Assembly: GCF_000195975.1 (NCBI RefSeq)
Contig: NC_005070.1
Span: 150,001 to 182,000 of the forward strand
Reading direction: 5' to 3'
Length of the DNA: 32,000 nt
Origin: Parasynechococcus marenigrum WH 8102
GTDB taxonomy: Bacteria; Cyanobacteriota; Cyanobacteriia; PCC-6307; Cyanobiaceae
Made by a program: the position numbers and the translations under genes. This document shows, one piece after another, positions 8,648 through 17,653 of the stretch (the stretch's first letter is position 1; every line of letters begins with the position of its first letter). The notes below the pieces were generated by a model. It was not told the DNA's origin. It worked only from the letters and a program-made list of their open reading frames with translations, and searched no databases.

Positions 8648-9904
8648 GGCCGCCAGCAGTTGCATCGGGTGCAACACCTCAGCGCGATCACCGAGGTGCC
8701 TGCGCAGTTGCAGGGTGCAGCCGATGTTGGCGCTGGCGACGATTCCAGCGCCGGTGCTGCTGAGGTCATCGGCTTTGATGCGGCCAAGCTCAGCGGCTTC
8801 GTAGGGCTGCACCAGGTTGTAGATGCCGGCACTGCCGCAGCAGACGCCGGCTTCGATGGCCTCCCTGAGTTGGATGCCGGGAATGGCTCGCAGCAGCGCC
8901 CGCGGTTGGGCCTGAATGTTTTGGCCGTGAATCATGTGGCAGGCGTCGTGCATGGCCACGGCCTCTGGCAGGGGTTGCAATTTCGATTTGAATGTGTTGG
9001 AGAGGCCGCGATCGGCGAGAAATTCCTGCACGTCCAGTACTGGTGCACGGAACTGCACGTCTCCCTTCAGCAGTTCGTCGTAGGCCTTCATCGTGTGGCC
9101 GCAACCGGACGCTGCCACCAGCACGGCATCGAGATCCCCGTCCACGCCGTTCATGCTCTTCACCAGATCGGTGGCCAACTGGCGGGTCAGCTCCAGTTCC
9201 CCCTGGTGATGACTCACGGCACCGCAGCATCCTTGATTCGGCGGAATCACCACCTCGAACCCATTGGCCTGCAGAACTTTCACCGTGGCGATGCTGACGG
9301 CCGGATCGAAGCAACGCTGCACGCAGCCCAGCAGTAGTGCAACGCGGCCGCGGCGGTAACCCGTCGCCGGATTGATTGTTGGCAGGACGTCGTTGAAGCT
9401 TTCGGGAGCCAGAGCTGGCAGCAGTTGCTCCATCGCTTCAACCTCCGGACCAAACAGCCGGGTCAGGCCGGAGCGGCGGGCAAAGGCTTGCAGCGGTGTG
9501 CCGGCATAGGCCCGCAGGGGTTGCAGCAAAGCCCTCAGCCGCCTGGGGTAGGGCAGCACCTGCAGCAACAGTTGGCGGAAGCTGATCTGCCAGCTGCTGC
9601 GGTGCTGCAGCTGGTTGAGCTTGGGTCGGGTTGCTTCGATCAGCTGGTCGTAGCGCACGCCGGATGGGCAAGCGGACACGCAGGCGTAGCAGCCCAGGCA
9701 GGTGTCGAAATGGCTGGCGACGGTGGCGTCCAGCTCCAATTCACCGGCTTCGATCGCCCGCAGAGCATGGATGCGTCCACGGGGAGAGTCCATTTCGCTG
9801 GCCAGCACCCTGTAACTGGCGCAGGTGGGTAAGCAGAAGCCGCAATGCACACAGGGATCTGCAGCGCCTGCCGGCAAGCCTTGGAGCTGTGTATTTGTTG
9901 TCAT
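8546..9904 (-). CDS. glcF: Glycolate oxidase iron-sulfur subunit GlcF ((Fe-S)-binding, CCG-domain protein)
   Basis: Two ferredoxin-type clusters, CVHCGFCLPTCASY and CLGCYACVSACPSGV, followed by CCG-type Cys-rich repeats (GCCGAVSHH, VCCGSAGIYN). 452 aa. Confidence 0.88.
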   Translation of the reverse strand: MTTNTQLQGLPAGAADPCVHCGFCLPTCASYRVLASEMDSPRGRIHALRAIEAGELELDATVASHFDTCLGCYACVSACPSGVRYDQLIEATRPKLNQLQHRSSWQISFRQLLLQVLPYPRRLRALLQPLRAYAGTPLQAFARRSGLTRLFGPEVEAMEQLLPALAPESFNDVLPTINPATGYRRGRVALLLGCVQRCFDPAVSIATVKVLQANGFEVVIPPNQGCCGAVSHHQGELELTRQLATDLVKSMNGVDGDLDAVLVAASGCGHTMKAYDELLKGDVQFRAPVLDVQEFLADRGLSNTFKSKLQPLPEAVAMHDACHMIHGQNIQAQPRALLRAIPGIQLREAIEAGVCCGSAGIYNLVQPYEAAELGRIKADDLSSTGAGIVASANIGCTLQLRRHLGDRAEVLHPMQLLAASASLHPLPGVAKGGSTTEVSGKGQDRQASEAPL

Positions 9905-9940
9905 TTAACTATTCTGAACCAGGATCAACTCAGCTGTCAG

Positions 9941-10654
9941 TTATGAGCGTACAAAGTTTGCGGGTTGAGAAAATTTTTTGAGAGAATCGAATTGCTGGGA
10001 AGGCCGAATCTGATTTATTTCGGTAATAAGTTGCCTAAAAGTATAAAGTTGCTTAAATGTTCTGATTTCAGGTATACCCCATAAGGTCTCTACAATAGGA
10101 TTCCAAAAACTGAGTGTATTTAAACGAGGGCTTACGATTTTATCGCTTAATTTAAGATAACCAAAACATATCTCGTGGTAGAGCTCGATTTCGCTTAAGG
10201 ATACCCTTCGCATTAATAATCCATTTTCTACTAATTTCCAAGCAGCATAACTTGACACGTTTAACTGGATTTTTAGGCGTGAAAAACATTCAATGATTGA
10301 AGACTTGCAAAAACTGACTTCGTCATCGGTGAGTCTTCTGAAGTTTACGTTCCTCTTGATAGTTGATGAACATTCTCGAGAATGATGGAAAAGGGAGTCA
10401 TCGTATACATGCACAGTTTTGCTAATGTCTGATTGAATTTCGTCTAGTTTGTAATTTGAATCATTTTTTCGATGCTCAAGCTTATCCATCGAAATTCTGA
10501 TTTGGCTTAAAAAAGACTCTATATAATCTTGGCCGAACAGTAATTTCTGTCGGTCCAAGTGGTCAAGTATTAATTCAAAGTCGGCAGCAATTTGCTCTGG
10601 TATCCGAAGACGCTTCGTTGGACCAAGCGATGGAAAGTTTTTTTGGAAGGGCAT
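9941..10654 (-). CDS. Orphan hypothetical protein, 237 aa, no recognisable domain
   Basis: Open frame in strongly AT-rich DNA. The ATG (cat at 10652-10654, MPFQKNFPSLGPTKRL...) is preceded by GGAGGAG (revcomp of 10666-10672) with an 11-nt spacer. The track's longer form starts at a TTG at 10729. Confidence 0.65.
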   Translation of the reverse strand: MPFQKNFPSLGPTKRLRIPEQIAADFELILDHLDRQKLLFGQDYIESFLSQIRISMDKLEHRKNDSNYKLDEIQSDISKTVHVYDDSLFHHSRECSSTIKRNVNFRRLTDDEVSFCKSSIIECFSRLKIQLNVSSYAAWKLVENGLLMRRVSLSEIELYHEICFGYLKLSDKIVSPRLNTLSFWNPIVETLWGIPEIRTFKQLYTFRQLITEINQIRPSQQFDSLKKFSQPANFVRS

Positions 10655-10830
10655 TGCTTGCGTAGCTCCTCCACGTTCATCATTTTTACACAGTAAGTAG
10701 GTACTTATTAACGCTACGCTAAAAATCAATTAAATATAGGTTAATAGATGCCTAATTTTTTTTGGTCTGGTCTTGCAGATAAAACCCAAGTCTTGCCACT
10801 AGATGTGCCAGCTACTTCTGCTGGCTTGCT

Positions 10831-11031
10831 TCAAATTTTTCTCATACGGGACAAATTGACTTTCAATATGGGACTTGTTCGGTTTTTTGAGTAAAACAAT
10901 TGCAAATACGTGTCCCGTATATTTGTCCCAATTAGCTTCATGCGTCCCGTGTGTTTGTCCCGCTCATGGATGATGCGCTCAATTTTTTCATAAAGGTTTA
11001 TCACAAAATTAGCTTGTAGTTTAGGAAACAT
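10831..11031 (-). CDS. Questionable 66-aa ORF in the AT-rich islet
   Basis: ATG-initiated ORF (MFPKLQANFVINLYEKIERIIHERDKHTGRMKLIGTNIRDTY...). The GTCCC motif array inside it falls in different reading frames (spacings 13, 19, 13 and 32 nt). This suggests the DNA motifs, not a protein, are the conserved entity. Confidence 0.25.
   Translation of the reverse strand: MFPKLQANFVINLYEKIERIIHERDKHTGRMKLIGTNIRDTYLQLFYSKNRTSPILKVNLSRMRKI
10845..10961. repeat. Array of six GTCCC/GGGAC pentamers, including two 18-bp direct repeats GTCCCGT-NNN-TTTGTCCC; iteron- or operator-like
   Basis: GGGAC at 10848-10852 and 10870-10874. GTCCC at 10912-10916, 10925-10929, 10944-10948 and 10957-10961. gtcccgtatatttgtccc (10912-10929) matches gtcccgtgtgtttgtccc (10944-10961) at 16 of 18 positions, 32 bp apart. 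acgggacaaa (10846-10855) is the reverse complement of tttgtcccgt. Confidence 0.6.
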
Positions 11032-11069
11032 ATGGGTTAAAGATTTTTCGTTATCAAGAGTTTGAGTTG

Positions 11070-11097
11070 TGCGTTGCTGATGCAGTCGCGCAACGCA
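11070..11097 (+). promoter_or_regulatory. Possible 5'-leader stem-loop upstream of the PhoX-like gene
   Basis: tgcgttgc (11070-11077) and gcaacgca (11090-11097) are exact reverse complements with a 12-nt loop, ending 26 nt before the ATG at 11124. Confidence 0.25.
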
Positions 11098-11123
11098 TTC
11101 CTCTCGGTCTCAGTTTTCTTTCC

Positions 11124-13178
11124 ATGGCTAAGATGGTCACCATCGGGCAGACAACTGCCCTCATTCCAGAAGCCGGATCCGCGGTTCAGCCTGAGTGGCT
11201 TAACGACGGACAAAGCGGCAACATCAACTTCCCTTACTCCAGCTACAAAGCTCTCGCCACTGTCGGCGAAGTTGATGCCGACAACGGACTGGGTCTTACC
11301 GGCTATCCCGACGGACAGGCTGCTTGGTTGCAAGACGACGATACCGTTCGTGTTGCCTATCAGTCTGAGTCTTACGCTCACATCTACGGCCGCACTCCTG
11401 CACCTGAGACCTATCCTCAAGAGATGGAGACCGGTGTGACCTTCTCCGGATCCAAGATCCACTACATCGATTACTCCCGCGATGCATTCGCGGATTTCAT
11501 GGGCAATGATTCTGCCGCCAGCGACATGGTCGAGGGCAGCGGTTTCCTGTTCAACCGTGTCTTCAACCTTTTCGGTGAAGAGGTCACTCCTAAGAACACT
11601 GACCCCGAGGACAAGGCTGCCAAGTGGGGCAACCAGACCTTGCCTTCTGGTGACATTGTTGAGTTTGCAAGCCCTCTCTCTGAGACGGACTTCTACTTCC
11701 ACTCCTTCTGCGGCGCCTGGTACGAGCCTGCCAATCGTTACGGCGAAGGACAGGGCTTCAGTGATGACATCTGGTTGATGGCTGAAGAGTGGGACATTGG
11801 CTTCGGCAACTTTGCACCTGGCTATGCCGGTAAAGCGGTCGGTAACGAGACCATGGGCCTGGCTGCCATGGCTGTTGATGTCGCCAATTCAGTCGCCTAC
11901 TCCGTTCCAGCCCTGGGCCAGACCGGTTACGAGAAAATTGCTCCTCTGAACACAGGCGAGAGCGACTATGTGGTGATGGTGACTGCAGGTTATAACCATG
12001 GCCAAGACCCTGCTCCTTTGAAGATCTACGTCGGCCGCAAGGGGTACGATGCAGAAGGTAATGAGATCACCGAAGACCACAGCGAGCGCGATCAGTTCCT
12101 AGGCCGCAACGGCATGCTCTGGGGTCAGCTCTATGGCCAAGCCCTGAAGAACAAGCACTTCGACAAGCTGGGTATCGTTGCCGACGAAGACGGCAACGGT
12201 GTTTTCGACGACCAGGTGATGAACACCTACCTGACTTCACAGGCGAAGGCTGGTGATTCCTACAAGGGTCGTTTCTATCCCACCAGCTTCCAGTGGGGCG
12301 GCTGGGATGAGCCCACCGCTGTTGGCAACACCGAGATGTTCCTCTGGGAGCGTCCCGAAGAGCAGCCCAAGAACTACACGTTCTTCAATGGCGACAAAAA
12401 GACCGAGCACCAGGCCATAGATCCTTCTGGAAAGGCCCGCTGGTTCCAGAACATGACTGATGAGGGTGCTCTGCTCGGATTCGACTTGAAGAATCTGGCA
12501 AAGCAGCTCAAGAGCAACCCTGATGCTGATGGCAACCTGTTGCCTGATTACCTCAACTACAAATCTGTTGTGACTATCCCCGCCACGGATGGATCACTGC
12601 GTGTTGATGTGGGTGATGAAGGTCTGGCCCACAAGGGTGAAGCCAACCCCGACGGCAGCCTCACCCATGCCATCCACGTTGAGAAGGGAGTTGAGAAGAT
12701 CGTCGCCAACGATGGTCTCTACTGGGCCAAGGGTAAGGGCGGTAACGTTCTGATCCTGGACGAAGATTCCGGCAACGATTACGGCGAGCGCAAGATTGCC
12801 CTTCCCATTAAGAGAAACATGCAACTGCGTGATGAAGCCACCGGTTACTTCCTCGGTGCTGCTGGTGGCACCCTCAGCCCCCGCTATCTGGCTGGTGCGA
12901 CTGCTCTGGCTGGAGCCATTGATAAGCCTGGCACTAATGAGTACTCCGGCAGCTGGGATGTCACTGGCATGGTGACCCGTAAGGACGATGGCAGCTTCTA
13001 TTCCAAAGAAGAGCTGTCTGGCAGTGGCATGCAGGATGTGGCCGATCTGGTCCACATCGAGGATCACACCTACATCGGTGTTGTTCAGGCCCGCCCTGAG
13101 TCCGGCGGTCAGGTTGAGGAGATCAGCGGCGATGCTGGTGGCCAGGTGTTCATGTTCGAGATGAACGGCTTCTTCTGA
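11124..13178 (+). CDS. PhoX/DUF839-like beta-propeller protein (putative phosphatase/phytase-like), no N-terminal signal peptide
   Basis: A 684-aa ORF from the ATG at 11124 (MAKMVTIGQTTALIPEAGS...). Family assignment is by motif resemblance only: GYPDGQAAWL...VRVAYQSES (compare PDGMA...NHE), LGQTGYEKIAPL (compare GRF.HE), and NDGLYWAKGKGGNVLILDEDSG and EYSGSWDVTGMV near the C-terminus. Acidic DxDxNG-type loops are present. A strong terminator follows. Confidence 0.45.
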   Translation: MAKMVTIGQTTALIPEAGSAVQPEWLNDGQSGNINFPYSSYKALATVGEVDADNGLGLTGYPDGQAAWLQDDDTVRVAYQSESYAHIYGRTPAPETYPQEMETGVTFSGSKIHYIDYSRDAFADFMGNDSAASDMVEGSGFLFNRVFNLFGEEVTPKNTDPEDKAAKWGNQTLPSGDIVEFASPLSETDFYFHSFCGAWYEPANRYGEGQGFSDDIWLMAEEWDIGFGNFAPGYAGKAVGNETMGLAAMAVDVANSVAYSVPALGQTGYEKIAPLNTGESDYVVMVTAGYNHGQDPAPLKIYVGRKGYDAEGNEITEDHSERDQFLGRNGMLWGQLYGQALKNKHFDKLGIVADEDGNGVFDDQVMNTYLTSQAKAGDSYKGRFYPTSFQWGGWDEPTAVGNTEMFLWERPEEQPKNYTFFNGDKKTEHQAIDPSGKARWFQNMTDEGALLGFDLKNLAKQLKSNPDADGNLLPDYLNYKSVVTIPATDGSLRVDVGDEGLAHKGEANPDGSLTHAIHVEKGVEKIVANDGLYWAKGKGGNVLILDEDSGNDYGERKIALPIKRNMQLRDEATGYFLGAAGGTLSPRYLAGATALAGAIDKPGTNEYSGSWDVTGMVTRKDDGSFYSKEELSGSGMQDVADLVHIEDHTYIGVVQARPESGGQVEEISGDAGGQVFMFEMNGFF

Positions 13179-13201
13179 TCCCCACTTCCGGATCATGCTC
13201 A

Positions 13202-13227
13202 GCCCCCTCATTCGAGGGGGCTTTTTT
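13202..13227 (+). terminator. Rho-independent terminator after the PhoX-like gene
   Basis: gccccctc (13202-13209), loop attc, gagggggc (13214-13221), then tttttt (13222-13227). A perfect 8-bp GC-rich stem plus a T-run, 24 nt after the stop codon. Confidence 0.85.
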
Positions 13228-13234
13228 GCCTTGC

Positions 13235-14659
<1,425 letters not shown>

Positions 14660-14691
14660 GGTGGTCGGTTGGGCGTCAGCAGGGCGAGCCT

Positions 14692-15675
14692 ATGACTGAG
14701 CCGGGAGCCCTACGGTTCACTCATCACAGCCGGGTTGGCATGGGCAGCGAGCAGCTCTGGGTGGTGGCGGCTTGTTTCAACGAGGAGGCGGTGATCATCC
14801 GCTTCATCGAACGCGTCCTGGCCTTGCCTCAGGTGAGCCGGTTGTTGTTAATCGACGACGGCTCCTCCGATGCAACGGTTGCAGTGATTCGCGCTTGGCA
14901 GCAGTCCCATCCTGATCAGGGGCTGACGCTGCTGGAACTCACCCGGAATTTCGGCAAGGAAGCCGCCATGCTGGCGGGGCTGGATTTTGCCGATGGTCGT
15001 TGCGGCGCAGCCGTGTTGATCGACTCAGATCTGCAGCATCCTCCGGAACGCATCCCGGCAATGGTGAAGGCCTGGCAAGAGGGTGCTGAGGTGGTCACGG
15101 CTGTCCGCGATGACAGCGACGCCGAAGGCCTGATGAAAGTGGCCACCGCTTCTTGGTTTTACCGGGTGTTCAACCGCCTGGTGGATTCGATCCAGTTGCA
15201 GGAAGGCGCCGGCGATTTTCGGTTGCTCAGTGCCCCAGTGATCGAGGCAGTCATTCAGATGCGCGAGGCCACGCGTTTCTCCAAAGGGCTGATGCCATGG
15301 ACGGGCTATCGCAGTGTCGAAATTCCCTACAGCCGCGTCGCGCGGGCTGGAGGTGCAACCTCCTGGAGCTCTCTCAAACTGTGGCGTTATGCCCTTGATG
15401 GGATCTTTTCGTTCTCGGTGAAGCCCCTCAAGGTGTGGGGGCTGATCGGCCTGCTGATATCCCTGTTCAGCTTTCTCTATGCAGCACTGATTGTGCTGCG
15501 AACCGTGGTCTTCGGCGTGGATCTGCCGGGCTATGCCTCGTTGATCGTGGCGATCCTCTTTCTCGGTGGAATCCAGCTGATCGGCATCGGTGTGCTTGGC
15601 GAGTACATCGGCCGGATTTACATCGACGTCAAGCGCCGGCCTCACTACTTCATCCGCGCGGTGTACGAGCCCTGA
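14692..15675 (+). CDS. GT2 polyprenyl-phosphate glycosyltransferase (ArnC/GtrB/DPM1-like) with C-terminal TM helices
   Basis: WVVAACFNEEAVI...LLLIDDGSSDAT...NFGKEAAMLAGL...LIDSDLQHPPE, plus two C-terminal hydrophobic helices. The start may instead be the ATG at 14740 (MGSEQLW). Confidence 0.85.
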   Translation: MTEPGALRFTHHSRVGMGSEQLWVVAACFNEEAVIIRFIERVLALPQVSRLLLIDDGSSDATVAVIRAWQQSHPDQGLTLLELTRNFGKEAAMLAGLDFADGRCGAAVLIDSDLQHPPERIPAMVKAWQEGAEVVTAVRDDSDAEGLMKVATASWFYRVFNRLVDSIQLQEGAGDFRLLSAPVIEAVIQMREATRFSKGLMPWTGYRSVEIPYSRVARAGGATSWSSLKLWRYALDGIFSFSVKPLKVWGLIGLLISLFSFLYAALIVLRTVVFGVDLPGYASLIVAILFLGGIQLIGIGVLGEYIGRIYIDVKRRPHYFIRAVYEP

Positions 15676-16837
15676 GGGCCTTCCATTCGTGTTGCCGCCA
15701 AGGTGAACTGAAAAATGCCGCTGAGCGATGAAACTGATGTTGCTCAAGCTGATCTTGGTTCACAGCGGCAGCAGGATGGGCCAGCAGTAGGTCGCCATCA
15801 CCCAAGGAACGTTCAGCAACATCCAGGGCGGCACCTGTCATTTCTCCGGTGAACAGCACACCAGCAAAGCGCTGATTGCTGCCGATGCCAGCTGCCTTGA
15901 GCCTGCGCTGCGCCAGCCACGTGAGCGGTTGCAGCACCTGCCACTTGAGCAATCCGCCATCCCTGAGCGCTTTGATCCACAGCTTGAGGGGAAGGCCCTG
16001 TGGCAAGGACTCTGCGGTGGTGCGCACCCAGACGATCTCCGGTTGTTCCAGCACAACATCCAGCACCAGTGGCACGAGATGGATGTGCTGATGTCCGTCG
16101 AGCTGGATCTGGTGCTGACCGGTGAGCTGCTGAAACCGATGGATCTGCGCCTGAATCGATTGGACGATCTGATCCCGCAACGCACGACGTTTCGCCGGCA
16201 GCAGAGAACCCAGCAGCAGCTCGCCAAAACCTGCCGGTAGATCAGGACAGTTCTGTGGTTGGGGCCCTTCCGTGAGGCAGAGATGCAGAACCAGTGGCTG
16301 GGCCTTGGGTAAGCATCGCCAGGCCGCGGCGGCTGATTCAGCCGTTGCTCCTTCCACCAGCAGGCTGGCGCTGGTGAGACGTCCTGCTGTGGCCAGATCA
16401 AGGATGGCGGTGTCCACCCCAGGGGCGAGGCCAAGATCATCGGCGTGGATGGCAGGGTGTCCAGGGCGTTGACGGTGATGCAGAGCCCCGCGGGCTGCGC
16501 GGTTCCAGATCAGAGCGTTGAGCGCAGTGGGTGTGATCACCAGCACCACGGTTGGAGCATTCAGCAGTGGGAGCAGCGAGCAGACGCTGATGTTCGCGGC
16601 GTACTGCAGCAACAACCAACGCCGAGCGAAGCGTCGCCCTCCGGTCTCCTCCCGGAAGGTCACCAGGGCATGACCCAGATACCCCGCAATGGAGGCGGTG
16701 AGAAAGCCGATCGGGTTGGCCAGGCTGAGGGGGAGCCAAGACCCGAGGCTCAGCAGCACGGCTGCATGAATGGTGGCGGCGATGAGGCCGATGGCGCCGT
16801 AGCGCACCAGTCGGTTCAAGGCCGCCGGCAGGTTCAT
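15650..16837 (-). CDS. Fusion protein: N-terminal GtrA-like membrane domain plus C-terminal YdjC/ChbG-family carbohydrate deacetylase
   Basis: N-terminal LVRYGAIGLIAATIHAAVLL...GFLTASIAGYLGHALVTFRE (GtrA pattern, 4 TM helices). The C-terminal half has IHADDLGLAPGVDTAILDL...LDGHQHIHLVP (YdjC pattern). Its start overlaps the mtnN stop by 4 nt (tcat at 16834-16837). Confidence 0.75.
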   Translation of the reverse strand: MNLPAALNRLVRYGAIGLIAATIHAAVLLSLGSWLPLSLANPIGFLTASIAGYLGHALVTFREETGGRRFARRWLLLQYAANISVCSLLPLLNAPTVVLVITPTALNALIWNRAARGALHHRQRPGHPAIHADDLGLAPGVDTAILDLATAGRLTSASLLVEGATAESAAAAWRCLPKAQPLVLHLCLTEGPQPQNCPDLPAGFGELLLGSLLPAKRRALRDQIVQSIQAQIHRFQQLTGQHQIQLDGHQHIHLVPLVLDVVLEQPEIVWVRTTAESLPQGLPLKLWIKALRDGGLLKWQVLQPLTWLAQRRLKAAGIGSNQRFAGVLFTGEMTGAALDVAERSLGDGDLLLAHPAAAVNQDQLEQHQFHRSAAFFSSPWRQHEWKALRARTPRG

Positions 16838-17574
16838 CGCGTCGACAACCGCTTGAGCAGCGCTTCGATCAGGCTCCAGGCCTGCTGCTCATAGACCTGC
16901 AGGAAGTCGCTGAAGCTCTGAGCTGCTGCCTCATCGGCACCGTCGGAGATCACCCGCAGCACCAGCCAGGGCACTCCTTCCTGCTGCGCCACCTGAGCCA
17001 CGGCACCACCTTCCATTTCCACCGCCTGCAGATCCGGCAAGGCCGCTTTGAGCTCCTTCAGCACAACCGCATCACTAATGAACTGATCACCAGTGGCGAT
17101 CAGTCCCGGGCGGACGGTTCCAAACCCCTTCAGCTCGCCGGCCTCCTGGGCAGCGTTCAGGGAGCGACTAGCCCAGGCCAGCCAGTCCGGATCGGGCTGC
17201 AGACGATCGCGGTTCAGCGGCGGCAGGGTGAAGCGGGGAAACAAGGGGCTGGCATTCATGTCGTGCTGGATCACGGCATCCGCTAGCACCACGTCCCATT
17301 GCTGCAGTGCGGCATCGGCCGCACCGGCCACCCCGGAGAAGAGCAGCAGATCCAGGTCTGGAGCCGCCGCCAACAGACGGGTTGCAGCCCTGGCTGCGCT
17401 CACCTTCCCCCACCCACTCCAGGCCAGGGTGAGTCGGACCCCATCGCCCCAGACACCCTGGTGCAGCGTTAGGTCGCCATGGTCAGTGCTGGTGAGCTGC
17501 CTGAGATGACTCAGATCCGAACCAATTTCCTCCGGCATGGCGCCAAGCAGGCCGATGTGCAACGGGCGTGTCAT
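16834..17574 (-). CDS. mtnN: 5'-methylthioadenosine/S-adenosylhomocysteine nucleosidase
   Basis: MTRPLHIGLLGAMPEEI...WSGWGKVSAARAATRLL...LLFSGVAGAA...ATGDQFISD...AVEMEGGAVAQVA...VLRVISDGADE match PNP_UDP_1/MtnN motifs. Start placed at the ATG at 17574; the track ORF extends to 17610. Confidence 0.85.
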   Translation of the reverse strand: MTRPLHIGLLGAMPEEIGSDLSHLRQLTSTDHGDLTLHQGVWGDGVRLTLAWSGWGKVSAARAATRLLAAAPDLDLLLFSGVAGAADAALQQWDVVLADAVIQHDMNASPLFPRFTLPPLNRDRLQPDPDWLAWASRSLNAAQEAGELKGFGTVRPGLIATGDQFISDAVVLKELKAALPDLQAVEMEGGAVAQVAQQEGVPWLVLRVISDGADEAAAQSFSDFLQVYEQQAWSLIEALLKRLSTR

Positions 17575-17653
17575 GGCTCTGTGAACCTGGCGCAACCGTA
17601 ACGGCGACATCGACTGTTTCTCTTCAACATGCCTTCAGAGGAAAGGCAGTCCT

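Larger units (their letters stand above)
9905..11123. other. Low-GC islet (likely horizontally acquired insertion) between glcF and the PhoX-like gene
   Basis: Hand counts of 60-nt lines give 23/60 and 21/60 G+C at 9961-10080, versus 40/60 at 9661-9720 in glcF. The transition is abrupt at both edges. No integrase, tRNA or convincing flanking direct repeats were seen. Confidence 0.75.

Noticed and set aside
8660-9832. + strand ORFs 8660-9337 (225 aa), 8992-9297 and 9425-9832
   Set aside because: They are antisense shadows of glcF, whose Cys-cluster motifs unambiguously define the minus-strand frame.
10807-10825. Hairpin gccagc-tacttct-gctggc just downstream of the 66-aa ORF stop
   Set aside because: It is only a 6-bp stem and no U-tract follows on the minus strand. 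That is insufficient to call a terminator.
10990-11123. Search for cyanobacterial Pho boxes (tandem PyTTAAPyPy(T/A) at 11-bp spacing) and CRP/NtcA-type palindromes upstream of the PhoX-like gene
   Set aside because: I found only loose matches: gTTAAaga at ~11036 with poor following repeats, and ATAAA-GG-TTTAT at ~10991-11002. In ~36% GC DNA these are expected by chance.
11037-11702. Minus-strand 221-aa ORF, and the TTG (11067) start of the 703-aa track ORF
   Set aside because: The minus ORF is antisense to the PhoX-like gene. The TTG start adds 19 residues (MCVADAVAQRIPLGLSFLS) spanning the leader hairpin, so the ATG at 11124 is the more plausible start.
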